From the sequence record OR496884.1: 64,000 nt of DNA; one strand, given 5' to 3'. The translations under genes and the position numbers were made by a program. The notes beneath the pieces are model-generated. The model had not been told where the DNA came from, did not search any database, and saw only the letters and a list, made by a program, of their open reading frames with translations. Every line of letters starts with the position of its first letter. Position 1 is the first letter of the stretch. Positions 27,770 to 38,600 of this stretch are shown piece by piece.

Positions 27770-30700
27770 TTAACGTGTGTAAGTTGGAAACGTTGGTTTG
27801 GGAAGTACCCAACTAGTTGTTCCTGTATCCCAGTTAAAGAAAGTAGCAACGCGGTTCATATACCAGTTTGATAAATCTTGGTTTAAATTACTTGCACCAA
27901 AGAAACAATCATTCATGGTATAAACATGACCCATATCCCAAAATTCTAATCCTGGATAAGAAACAGCAACGGAGTTTCTAAACACCCCATTAAAGTTTGC
28001 AATGTTTTTAGAAAGTGTAGCTGTGATTTTAAACCCTTCCGAGTTACTAAAATCTAATTCAGTTACACGAGAACCGATAGTCAGCAGTTCTGTTAAACCT
28101 AATCCCCACTTTAATACTGAAACACCAAAAATATCAACGGTGACAATACCAGTGTGAGCACCAGGAATGGTGAAACTATTTAAACCAGCTAATTGATAAA
28201 TTGTTCCATTAACTAACAAATAGGGGGTTCCACCTACCCTGTTAGTAATTGGAATTACTCTTCCTTTAGCGGTATCCCAAAGTAGCCTGGTTGCAACTGT
28301 TTGTTTAAAGAAACGGTTGACAGGTAATCCACTTCCAGGTTTCCCTAAAAACACCGGGAACGAACTACCATCACTGGTTACGTTCATCCGTTTGCGAGCG
28401 ATAACAGGCAATAATGAATTACGCCACCCAGATTGATCTTGGTAACTGAATTCTGTACCGTTTATAAACCCTGCCGGAACGGAACCAAGATGCGGTTCTA
28501 TTTCATAACCAGTTGGATTATTGTAACGACCATAGGCAATCAAGTCGTCACCAATCTGTGTGACAAACAACTCGTCGTAACCAAAGAACTCCTCTATCCT
28601 TGCCTTTACTGGTTTTTTAACCAAGGTGTTTTTTCCATTCACCATGATCACACCACCGACCGGATAAAGTGTGAATCCTTCAGTAGTACCCATCAACCCA
28701 CCAGTCAACGTCAGGAAACCGTATTCCCTAGTAAAGACGCCGTAGTTGTTAGGTGTTTTACGAAACGCCCACATTCCCTTTGATAACATTACAGGACTTT
28801 GATAGTTGATATGAAGTCTATGAGGAAGTTTAGTTCCATAACAAATTTCTTTATCGTAATCTATCTGGTATCCAAGGACAGGATCGTACGGAAAAACAGG
28901 ATCAACGGAATCTAACTTAGGACCAAATGTAAATGTTCCTGTTATTGGATTATGAGTGATTTGTAATTCAACATAAAAGTTATTAAACGGAGCTACATTA
29001 AGCATGACATCATACTTAACTTGATTTAACGCATCTGTCATTTTCATGATGTAAACATCTTGGGATTTAAAACTATCGTACCCAAGAATTGCACCGTGGT
29101 TTATTTGAAGCGTTGATTTCTTGTTAACGTTCATGGTATTAACGGTAATACTGTTAGCTACTGTACCTTGGGGCTTAATTGTTTTACGACCAGACCCGTC
29201 GGTATGAACATAACAATTTTTAATGATTCCGTAATAACAGTCCTTTTCATTACTTGGGTAATCTGCGCTTCCAACGCACTGATTCATCCAAAACAATGTA
29301 GATTTGAAAAAGAAGAACACCTTATGTTGCTTGAACCAACTGCCTGCATTTTTAGCGATCCAATTTAATATATCCTCATGAATGGAGATTGGATTACTAA
29401 AGGTAATTGGATTTTCTAGGTTATTGGGATCAAGTTCATAATTGAGATAACTGGTAAATCCATTACCATTATTGAACACCATGTTGTTGATGTTAATGGT
29501 GCTGGATAAATCATCGTTCTCAATTAAGAAAGACGGAACATCTTCCATCCCGCCAGTAATCCAATTGACGTTTTCTGTTTTAGGACCTAAATAACTTCCG
29601 TAAGGATTTCCTTGCAAATAGTTAGTCCCTGCGTCAACTGTTACCAACCCCCACCGATAACGGTTGCGATAATCTCGACTATAAGTTAAATAAGTAATCT
29701 TTAACTTAGTAGCAGCACCAGGATCTGGGACTGGGACAGGATCATCGGTTAAACCATCATATCGAGGCCAGCGGTTATTCATTGTGATATCAAGAATAGC
29801 ACGTTCTTGTTCAGTAGCAGTCCCTACAGCGACTTTGACGGGAATATGCCTGAGGTGATCACCATACATGCAATCTTGTTCAATATTAGATTGCGCAACG
29901 TAATTGTATTTAGTTGGCTTAGGGAATGGTTTATTGCCATTATTAATAAAAGCAAGACCAGACGTAATTGAATGGTCGTAACTTCCGATATACTGGCGGT
30001 TATAAAACGTATACGTTTTTAAATGTCCGCCAGCCGGATCAAAGACGCCATCTTGACAAAGTGGGTGTTCAGGTTGTTCTTTAACATGAGGAGTGTAACT
30101 TTTAAACAAACCAGATTCAATTAAATCCCAGTTGTCGTTTAAGGTCTGTTTTGCTTGTTCAAAAACACTATCTGTGATCACGTTTACTGACATCTGTTTG
30201 GTAGTGTCATTGAATGTAAATTCTAAACGTGAATCAAGATAACCGTGCCAGTATGCGGTTTTATCTTTATTGAACCAACCAAAATACAACCGAATAGCGC
30301 CACGATGTCTAAGTTTCATCTCCCAACCAAATGTTAACCGTTTCAGTCGTCTAACATCTAGCGATTGAAAGAACAACTCAGTTTCTTCAGCAGGTAGATT
30401 AAACAAGTTTTTAAAAGGGATGACTAAATCAATCTGACCATTTCCGGTATAATCAACAGCTTGTAATTTAGAGCCTACTGGAACGGTAATTTCATTAGTT
30501 TCGTATTTAACGGGATCTTTGGTAATAAATTCGGCTAGTCTGTTAGGGGGACCTTCCTGAAGATCAATTGCCCAAGGATTTAATTTCATTCCATTTAAGG
30601 ATAATCTCAAATGGGGAGATGAAGTAGATTCCCCTGGATAACTTCCTTTTATTAACTTTAAACTAAATTGATACAGGTAATCTTCAGCGCTTTCAAATAT

Positions 30701-31699
30701 ACCGTCAAAAGGAACAGAACTTCCTGTTGTTTCCATTACATCGAACGGAAGAATGTTTTTGTTAAAAGAACGTAAACAAACTTTGTTCCCTTCCATATAA
30801 GAGAAAGCCGAAACTCCAAATAGATTCTCGGAAGTTTTCATAACAGTTCCAAGACTACCTGGGATTCGCCATCCTCTTAACTGAGCGGGTCTAGAACGAC
30901 GTGTATCAATGCGTTTTGCATAAGCCCGTACTTTGGTACCACCTCGAGATGTTTGGACCTCTGGTGCGCTTCCAGTGGGTGTAGCGGTATATCTACCTAA
31001 TTCTGGAGATTGATTAATGTTGGGGAAAATATGCATCCCGGTTTGCGTTGCAAAACACCAAGCAGTTTCACCAATAAACGCTTTAGGATCACTTGGACTT
31101 TGTACCAATTCACCTTTATAAAAGTCAAAATGCCACTGAGGAACTTCTCCGAGATTCCCGCCGGATGCAATAGGGAGAGAACGAGCCGGAATATAAGAAC
31201 GTGGGTCAACTTTAACGCGTTCGTCAATAATAGCAGAAAGCCCTGCTGGATGACAATATAAATCGTTAGCATCACCCTCTCTGTGTTGTTGAACAGTTGC
31301 CATCCCCCAGTTGTCTTTTTTACCAAGACCTACCGTGGTTTTAGTCTCACCATGAACGGGACCAACTTTGTTAGTGTGCTGAAGAAGATGTTCATCAACT
31401 AACGCACCCATTTCATCTATTTTGGTAGCGACAACGTTCCTAACTTCTTCTATGATTTCTTCTTGGGTAATTTCAACAACTTCTCCAGGAGCCGGAATAG
31501 GAACTTCTGGATCAGTAATCCCATCTTCGCGAGGCCAGGTATTGTTGACAATGATATCCAAAATAATACGATCATTGTCAGATGACCCAGAAGACTTTTC
31601 TTGTATTTTCCTATCTACCCGGATAAACGCATCCAACACAACACCTATTGGATTAGTACGTTCCACAGGTACAAGGGGTTTATCTTTATCAATTTTCAT
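27770..31699 (-). CDS. Large tail/baseplate fibre protein with C-terminal DUF285-like repeat
   Basis: 1309 aa; paralog segment HGETKTTVGLGKKDNWGMATVQQ; two ILDI..NN.WPR motifs; C-terminal FWDMGHVYTMNDCFFGASNLNQDLSNW. Confidence 0.7.
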   Translation of the reverse strand: MKIDKDKPLVPVERTNPIGVVLDAFIRVDRKIQEKSSGSSDNDRIILDIIVNNTWPREDGITDPEVPIPAPGEVVEITQEEIIEEVRNVVATKIDEMGALVDEHLLQHTNKVGPVHGETKTTVGLGKKDNWGMATVQQHREGDANDLYCHPAGLSAIIDERVKVDPRSYIPARSLPIASGGNLGEVPQWHFDFYKGELVQSPSDPKAFIGETAWCFATQTGMHIFPNINQSPELGRYTATPTGSAPEVQTSRGGTKVRAYAKRIDTRRSRPAQLRGWRIPGSLGTVMKTSENLFGVSAFSYMEGNKVCLRSFNKNILPFDVMETTGSSVPFDGIFESAEDYLYQFSLKLIKGSYPGESTSSPHLRLSLNGMKLNPWAIDLQEGPPNRLAEFITKDPVKYETNEITVPVGSKLQAVDYTGNGQIDLVIPFKNLFNLPAEETELFFQSLDVRRLKRLTFGWEMKLRHRGAIRLYFGWFNKDKTAYWHGYLDSRLEFTFNDTTKQMSVNVITDSVFEQAKQTLNDNWDLIESGLFKSYTPHVKEQPEHPLCQDGVFDPAGGHLKTYTFYNRQYIGSYDHSITSGLAFINNGNKPFPKPTKYNYVAQSNIEQDCMYGDHLRHIPVKVAVGTATEQERAILDITMNNRWPRYDGLTDDPVPVPDPGAATKLKITYLTYSRDYRNRYRWGLVTVDAGTNYLQGNPYGSYLGPKTENVNWITGGMEDVPSFLIENDDLSSTININNMVFNNGNGFTSYLNYELDPNNLENPITFSNPISIHEDILNWIAKNAGSWFKQHKVFFFFKSTLFWMNQCVGSADYPSNEKDCYYGIIKNCYVHTDGSGRKTIKPQGTVANSITVNTMNVNKKSTLQINHGAILGYDSFKSQDVYIMKMTDALNQVKYDVMLNVAPFNNFYVELQITHNPITGTFTFGPKLDSVDPVFPYDPVLGYQIDYDKEICYGTKLPHRLHINYQSPVMLSKGMWAFRKTPNNYGVFTREYGFLTLTGGLMGTTEGFTLYPVGGVIMVNGKNTLVKKPVKARIEEFFGYDELFVTQIGDDLIAYGRYNNPTGYEIEPHLGSVPAGFINGTEFSYQDQSGWRNSLLPVIARKRMNVTSDGSSFPVFLGKPGSGLPVNRFFKQTVATRLLWDTAKGRVIPITNRVGGTPYLLVNGTIYQLAGLNSFTIPGAHTGIVTVDIFGVSVLKWGLGLTELLTIGSRVTELDFSNSEGFKITATLSKNIANFNGVFRNSVAVSYPGLEFWDMGHVYTMNDCFFGASNLNQDLSNWYMNRVATFFNWDTGTTSWVLPKPTFPTYTR
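29716..29805 (-). repeat. ILDI-NN-WPR peptide repeat, copy B
   Basis: ERAILDITMNNRWPRYDGLTDDPVPVPDP; 24 nt (29774-29797) identical to 31816-31839. Confidence 0.9.
31487..31573 (-). repeat. ILDI-NN-WPR peptide repeat, copy A
   Basis: DRIILDIIVNNTWPREDGITDPEVPIPAP, about aa 43-71 of the 1309-aa protein. Confidence 0.9.
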
Positions 31700-31720
31700 A
31701 AGCTGTTCTCGATTAAGTAA

Positions 31721-31752
31721 AAAAAGATGGAAGGTTTCCCCTCCATCTTTTT
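31721..31752. terminator. Hairpin between tail genes
   Basis: aaaaagatgga...tccatcttttt. Confidence 0.6.
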
Positions 31753-31758
31753 CAATAT

Positions 31759-34700
31759 TTAAGCCGGAGGAAGCGGAATCTCTGGATCTGTTTCACCATC
31801 CAAACGTGGCCATTTGTTATTCATTGTGATATCAAGAATTGAACGATCACGAGTTGGAATGTCTCCGCCGTAAAGTTCAGATTGCTTAATAAACTGATAT
31901 GTTCCAACTTCTGAAAGTTTACCAGAAGATACAGGAATACCGGCATCACGAACCCTGGTTAAAGGATAGCCTGAAATTGCAAATGGTTGATATAAATCTA
32001 TTGTTATAATACCATTTTCACCTGTGGTGATTTTGGATACTAATAGATTATGACCGTCCGCGTGTTTTAATGTCTTGGTGATTTCATAAACACCCCGAGA
32101 ACCAACGGCAGAACAATACAGATAAAATACCGAATTTCTATAATTATCAGAATAAAGACGTAAATCAAATGTTTTCTTTGACGCCAACATGGAGTATCCA
32201 TTAAAAGTCACATTTACGTCACTATTAATAAATACAGTCCAGTTATCCTGTACAAATGTCGCACCTAGGAACCCCAGATCATTAGTGGTAAACCCATTAT
32301 TCTGGGTTATCAATGTTGGATCAATAGGTCTGCCTATATTCATGGCTCCACCAGAAGCAGCTGGGAGATATCCGTTCAATAATCCAATTCCATCGACAGC
32401 CACGGTAGTTTGAGTGTAATATCCAAATACGTTTGCCGGATGGAAATAAAGTTCCGGGCATCCTTGATATTTGCGTTTATCCAGTCGGACATTTGGACTG
32501 TTCATATTACCGACGGTCGGCATAGTGCATCCGGAATAAGTATGAACAATAAGTTCATTATTAGTCTCTCCAACACTATAAACTTCTGAACGAGGTTTAA
32601 GTAAAGTTACTCCTTTAGCTCCGTAACCTGCTATCCAATATCCGGATGATAACGTATAGACATCGGTATTACATATGTCACTGCCGGGGGTAAGATCTAC
32701 GACCGGGGAATCACTATATTTATTTAATGGTGTACAATACGTTCTGGTTGTTAATACATTAATGGTTATCTTTTTATATCCAGTAACAGAATCAATACCA
32801 TTTGGGGACCAATTAAAGGTAATAATAAATCCACGTGTGATTGTTGGATCTTGAGAATAGTGATAAACCACAGTCATTGTGGACGCATAAACAGTTGTGC
32901 TTTCTGGTCCAGGATAAGGGCAAAGATCCACCGACACTATTATATCCATTACATCGACAAATCTTGCACCAATGTATTGTTTTGGAATATCAAGATATTG
33001 TTCTTTTGTTAAAACAATTATCTCCTCAGGTTTATGAGATGGAACAAGTTGTTTAGTGTTTTCATTGTAATCCCATTTCATTGTAATTGGAAGAAACATT
33101 CTTCCAAGGCTACTATCCACCGAGCGTTGTTCTATGCTGGGATTCGCTAACCCGGGAAAAGTGGTCGTATTCCAACTGTTTTTCTTTGGTTGATGTACAT
33201 ATCCGGCGATTGAGTGGGTAGTGGAATACTTATCTCTTTTTTGCGGCCAATTTCTAATTGCATGGGTTTGCAATAAGTTTAATGTGTTCCCGTAATTAGA
33301 ATTAGGTTCCCTACCAAACAACCTATTCGGTATAAAAGGACTTTGCAAGGATTCTCTAAATAAATATTTATTTCCATCCCCACCTTCCGTTAAACGGTTA
33401 AATCCAATTGTTCCTCCACTTTCATTAGTTGCAATGAATTGCTCTAATGGTTTTGTTTTGACACCGCCGTTGTATTCGTAGATGTCTGTGAAAAACCGAG
33501 GAAATCCAGACACACCAAATGGTGACGGTAAACGCTGACTTATAGCAAAGGCTGTGGTCTGCCCTAAATCATTGACTTTACAGGTTGGATTAAAAACACT
33601 TTCATAATCAAAATTTGAATCTCCGGTTTCGTTTAATGGGAGGTAAACGTTCCCGTACGGAGGACCTCCGTCGGAGTCACTATAAACAGCAACCGGACCA
33701 AACCCTCTGACCCAGGAAGCAGCGGGTCTAGTAAATGTACTATTAAAAAGTCTGGCGTATCCTCCCACGTTATCGCCATCCGTAATATACTTTTTTTCTT
33801 CTGCTGTTAAATTAGTGGATTCTCCGGTCAATGGATTTAAAATAGGTTTTTTCCATTTTGGATCAAGTGTCATGATCCCTGCATTAAAATCCAAATCATA
33901 ATTAGGTGTTATTATGCTCCATAGTCCACCAGATGTGCCATTAATGTTGTAGGTCCAATAAACAGAAGCCAATATTTTTAATTTAGCAACACCCTTTACG
34001 TTTGGATTTTCAACAATAATAAAAGTACGGCGCCGATGTGATTGTGTTATATTGACAGGTTGTGAAAAACCAGTTAAAAAACTAGTTACTAAACCGGAAG
34101 CATTTTTTACGTATTCCCCAATCCTGATATTTGGAGAGCTTGGCTTCCTAACTCTATCAACAGTGTCATAACTTAATGATATTTGGGTGGGGGTTATTTT
34201 TGGTTTACCAGGCGCACTTAATGCTGAAAGCGGAAACTTAAATATTTTAATAGTGTAGTTGTTTGGCGCGCCAGCTGGAGGAACAGTAACACCTGTTATA
34301 TCTGATGATGAACCAACCAGGTAAACCCAGTCTCCAACTTTGGAAATTGTTAAAGCGCCAAATAACCCGGCTTCAGCAGTGATTCCTGCCGCCACCAGCG
34401 GCGCAATATCAACCTCAACAAAACTGTGACTATTTGGATCAAGCGTTCCGTTTGAAAAGCTGACCATTATGTTTGACATTGTTGGAGGAAGAGAGCATAT
34501 GGCTATTAAATCAGGACCTGACCCAGCAAGAACATAATCCGGGTTAATTCCCTTTGCTTGCAAATCAGGATGATTATAAGGAAAATATGTCAGTACTGGC
34601 GGAGTGTAATTATACCGATCCAACATGATCTGCTGGTAAATATAATACAATCCCTTTACTTTCCCGTCAAAATGACGCATTAGTCCGACTAACCAACCAT

Positions 34701-35637
34701 TCCCTTCTCTAACAAAACAAGAGTTTTCTGCATCACCACCAAGTCCTTCAAATGAACCTGTTATTGAAGGAGGAAGATAAATTCCTGATCCATAATAACT
34801 AAAGGGTAATTCATTTTGGAAAAGATATTCTTCAGAGTCCGGTTCTGATTCAGAAATCAGTTTTGCCAATCCGGCAGGGGTTGAGTAAAGATCTTGTCTA
34901 AGTCCTTCACCATCTTGTTGTGTAGTTGCTGTTTGAAAGTTTTGTATGTTTTCAATATTAACGTCAACAGGTTTAAGATTGTGGGGATTAATAGATCTAC
35001 GGGCATGGTTTTTTAACGCATTCCAACGTAGGTCGTAAATGTAATCTAATTTCTCCCAGGAATCTTTTTCCATTTCATCAAGCAAAGAGGAGATCTTTTC
35101 ACTTTGTGCTTCAACACGACTTTTCAGTATTGTAAATAACTGAAGCATGTTACCAAACCCGATTACTTCTTCTTTACGTCTAACGTCCATTTGATGCGCT
35201 GACGGATAAAACGTAGATGGTTTACCATCGATTTGAGTTTCGTAGTCAATCTCTCCACCGGAAATCAATGCATTTTCTAAAAGCTCAAGTAACTTGTTTC
35301 GTGAGATAACACCGTTACCAACTTTTTGATAAATAACATCAAGTTCTATGGCGGAGTTTAGAATATGCGGTTTTAATTCAATATGAAGATAAACCGCTTT
35401 GCCTAACAATTTAGTTAATTTAGGAACTTGCGTTTCAAAGGTAAAATCTTGATCCTTTAAAAGTCTAGTCCCGCCGTTATAAATAATAAGACCTTCTTCA
35501 TAGAACGGACCCTCTCCTGGGACAATCCAAGGAGTAGGGATTTCTGACACTTTATGAGTTTCCTCAATTTTGTAAAGAGGATTAACACCAGTGTAATCTA
35601 TGTCGATAATTTCAATATCTTTCATAGCAAACCTCAA
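31759..35637 (-). CDS. Large tail/baseplate protein (paralog family)
   Basis: 1292 aa; NFQTATTQQ...DLYSTPAGL, PPSITGSFEGLGG; ends in the ILDITMNN.WPR motif. Confidence 0.7.
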   Translation of the reverse strand: MRFAMKDIEIIDIDYTGVNPLYKIEETHKVSEIPTPWIVPGEGPFYEEGLIIYNGGTRLLKDQDFTFETQVPKLTKLLGKAVYLHIELKPHILNSAIELDVIYQKVGNGVISRNKLLELLENALISGGEIDYETQIDGKPSTFYPSAHQMDVRRKEEVIGFGNMLQLFTILKSRVEAQSEKISSLLDEMEKDSWEKLDYIYDLRWNALKNHARRSINPHNLKPVDVNIENIQNFQTATTQQDGEGLRQDLYSTPAGLAKLISESEPDSEEYLFQNELPFSYYGSGIYLPPSITGSFEGLGGDAENSCFVREGNGWLVGLMRHFDGKVKGLYYIYQQIMLDRYNYTPPVLTYFPYNHPDLQAKGINPDYVLAGSGPDLIAICSLPPTMSNIMVSFSNGTLDPNSHSFVEVDIAPLVAAGITAEAGLFGALTISKVGDWVYLVGSSSDITGVTVPPAGAPNNYTIKIFKFPLSALSAPGKPKITPTQISLSYDTVDRVRKPSSPNIRIGEYVKNASGLVTSFLTGFSQPVNITQSHRRRTFIIVENPNVKGVAKLKILASVYWTYNINGTSGGLWSIITPNYDLDFNAGIMTLDPKWKKPILNPLTGESTNLTAEEKKYITDGDNVGGYARLFNSTFTRPAASWVRGFGPVAVYSDSDGGPPYGNVYLPLNETGDSNFDYESVFNPTCKVNDLGQTTAFAISQRLPSPFGVSGFPRFFTDIYEYNGGVKTKPLEQFIATNESGGTIGFNRLTEGGDGNKYLFRESLQSPFIPNRLFGREPNSNYGNTLNLLQTHAIRNWPQKRDKYSTTHSIAGYVHQPKKNSWNTTTFPGLANPSIEQRSVDSSLGRMFLPITMKWDYNENTKQLVPSHKPEEIIVLTKEQYLDIPKQYIGARFVDVMDIIVSVDLCPYPGPESTTVYASTMTVVYHYSQDPTITRGFIITFNWSPNGIDSVTGYKKITINVLTTRTYCTPLNKYSDSPVVDLTPGSDICNTDVYTLSSGYWIAGYGAKGVTLLKPRSEVYSVGETNNELIVHTYSGCTMPTVGNMNSPNVRLDKRKYQGCPELYFHPANVFGYYTQTTVAVDGIGLLNGYLPAASGGAMNIGRPIDPTLITQNNGFTTNDLGFLGATFVQDNWTVFINSDVNVTFNGYSMLASKKTFDLRLYSDNYRNSVFYLYCSAVGSRGVYEITKTLKHADGHNLLVSKITTGENGIITIDLYQPFAISGYPLTRVRDAGIPVSSGKLSEVGTYQFIKQSELYGGDIPTRDRSILDITMNNKWPRLDGETDPEIPLPPA
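31762..31851 (-). repeat. ILDI-NN-WPR peptide repeat, copy C (extreme C-terminus)
   Basis: DRSILDITMNNKWPRLDGETDPEIPLPPA*. Confidence 0.9.
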
Positions 35638-35647
35638 AAGAAATAAA

Positions 35648-35679
35648 CTGGAAGTACGATCAAAAGATCGTACTTCCAG
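35648..35679. terminator. 14-bp hairpin
   Basis: ctggaagtacgatc-aaaa-gatcgtacttccag. Confidence 0.75.
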
Positions 35680-35690
35680 AAGGATATTAA

Positions 35691-38600
35691 TTATTCAGGT
35701 ACAAAATCCGTTAATGGATTAAGTATTGTGGAAGTATCCCCAACTTCGTAGATACTCCCTCCTGTTGCCATAATGATTGAACCTTGTCGTGTTTCTCCAA
35801 TAATAGCGCCATCCATGCTAAATCGGTTATAGGCCGTAATGGCATTTATTTGACTAGTTCCACAAATAACTGAAGCAATTAATGAGTTAACTGCTGTTTC
35901 AGCCGTTTGTGTTGGAGTAATCAAATATTCCGGTTTACCAGCACCATACTTTAAATAGACATAAAACCTTTTATTAGCAGGATTAGGGTCTATGTCTCTA
36001 ATGTCGATATAAGTCGCTGGAATATCATAAGCTTTTCCACCGAGGATAACGTTTTTCATTGCTTTAAAATAAACGGTGTATGTGGAACTTAACAAGTTAC
36101 TGACCGTCATTGTGTTATCTGCTTCATACCCTCCTTGAGCAACACGATCATAATACTTGGTATTTGCAGGGACCGTGTATTTCCTAGCAATGATCGCTGC
36201 GCCTTCTGTAAGGGTCCTGTTAGCAAGTGTAGGGACACCCATTGTTGGACCCGGTGTGACAACCGTAGTTGACTCAATAATAACAGATGCGGTTATGTAT
36301 GCTCTAGACCGTGTAATTGTAAAGTCATTTGCAATCTCCAAACCAATCCCAGGCATTAATGTATCACCCACTACGGAATAACGATGGAGAGCTCTGATTT
36401 GAGCAAATATTCCACCTGTATTAACAAGTACGCCGCTTGCATTAGCTAAATTCCAACTTTGGAAATTAACGGGAGTATGCGGTGCCGCACTACCACTAAA
36501 CCCATAAATACCTATGTTAGAAAACGCATCAGAACGGAATAACACTTTAGGGATAAAATCTTTTAAAAACGTAATATTTACGTCAGAGTAATACTGATAC
36601 CCGTTCACTGTTGTAGGTGTCCCAATAGGAACTATTTTAACAGCGGCAGCTGACATATACACTGAGCTAATAGTACTAGATGTTGCTTCTTTCCAACTGA
36701 CTAACAAAATAAAGAACTCTTCATTAGTTGTTGTCCAAGCGCGAGTCAGTGTCCAGCTTTGACTCACATCTTTACCAGTTATCCCTATCTTAGCAAGTTC
36801 AACTGGAAGCTGTCTTGCAAGAGCCAGTTTCAATTGATAAACAACTTTAGGGATAATTCTGATTTCTTTACCGACCGTCCGGATATCATTATCGTAACAA
36901 AGAAGTCCGTCACCAACATCAGCATAGTTCCCTAAAAGAGTTGAAAATCCATCTGCACCTAAGAACTTTCTAAAAGTGTTATTTCTACCAGCTACAACAC
37001 CAGGCATGGCTGCTTGTGTAATAACACATTGAGGACCTAAATTTAACTCATAGGTTTCATTAGCAAGTGGGTAGTGTTTTACAGGTGTTGAACCAAATGT
37101 CATTGTCAACAAGTTATCTGTTTTGGTACTCCAATCTGTATTAAGGTATTTTGTTGCGCGAGCAATCCATTTTGAAGGACCTTTAATAGCTCGTTCAGCA
37201 GGATCTAAAACAGATTGTCTAGCAACAACAACGGCTGTGTTTGGATCACGATCATCGGCAACTCCACACCATGGATTAAAGTTACCAGCAGAAAACCCTA
37301 ATGGATTTCGCTCATCAATAAGTGAATCATCTAACTTTTTAAAAAGTAACGAATCTTCTTTATCAATTAAACTGTCACCAGTTTTATAAACATCGTACTT
37401 AAACAACGTACCGATCAATGGTACTGTGGAAGGTATCACGGGGGACATAACCAGTCTGTAATTTTCGCCTAGAAAAGCGCTACCAGAACCATCTTGTCCA
37501 CTAAACGGCCATTGCGGTATTTTATAACTTCTGAAGTCTTCCCACTCAGGTGAAGAAACAATATCTTCCGGGTTTATACTGTAAAGTTTTTCCCCAGGGC
37601 CTCTTTCAATAACAACACTAGGGGTTGTGTTATTGACCGGTTGAAACAGACCTTTCCACACTATTGTAGTAAGCTGAGTTAAATTACTACCGTCTGTAAC
37701 CCAGAAACAGTTCTGCTCAATTATTACAGCCCATTTACCGTTACTGTGTTTTTTCATAAATGCATGGGGGGAACGATACTGCCAAAATCCACTTAACGGT
37801 TTAGTCGGTATAAATGCCGCTCGAATAATTTTGTTATTTGCATCATATTTTCTAATATACGGTGTAAATACTTTATCATTCATTTTACCGTCATCAGTTT
37901 CAAAATCAATATTGGCAAGTTTGTATGTACCGTCATAGTTAATGTTGGTAAAGATTAACCAGCCGTCTAGGGTGGAAGCACCGGTAAAAGGAATAATGTA
38001 ATCTGGTCTAAGAACTTTAACTTGTGCAGCACTGATTCCAAGTATGATGGAATTAAATTCTCGATGATTACGATCAGCACAGACTTGTGCCAAAGCCCAG
38101 TTTGCACTATAACTTAACCAGTCTCCAGTAATACGCTTTAAAATATGCCGAGATGGATCCAACGTGCCATTTGTTTGAGCCCAGTACCAAATATTTTTAT
38201 CCTCGTCACCTACAACAAGAATGTTTGGACCAGATCCATTAATGATAGCATTTAAATCTGCCCCATCTGCTGTTGCGGTTGGATGTGTATAACGATGACC
38301 GGTATTTTCCCAAATAGGTCTACCTTCTCCCCAACGTTGACATTTAAGAAAATAAAGTCCTTTTACACGACCATTATTTCGACGTTGCAGAACAAGTAAA
38401 TCTCCATTTGATTCAATAGTTGCACCACACCGATGTATCGTTCCACCAAGTCCTTCAAATGAACCATCGATTTTAGGCGGTATAAATGAATCTGAACCAT
38501 ACCTAAGAATAGGTAATGCACCAGCAGGGAAAAGACGTTCGTTACGTCCGGCAGCTAATTCAGCAGCTTTGGTAGCATTATAAGGTGTAATATGAAGGTC

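Noticed and set aside
31640-31665. TNPIG at the start of the 1309-aa tail protein resembling the tailspike NPIGS anchor
   Set aside because: Only five residues match; the downstream NAxNLD and DRFG motifs are absent.
29716-31851. Repeat copies as a diversity-generating retroelement template/variable pair
   Set aside because: No reverse transcriptase in the window, and the differences are not restricted to adenines.
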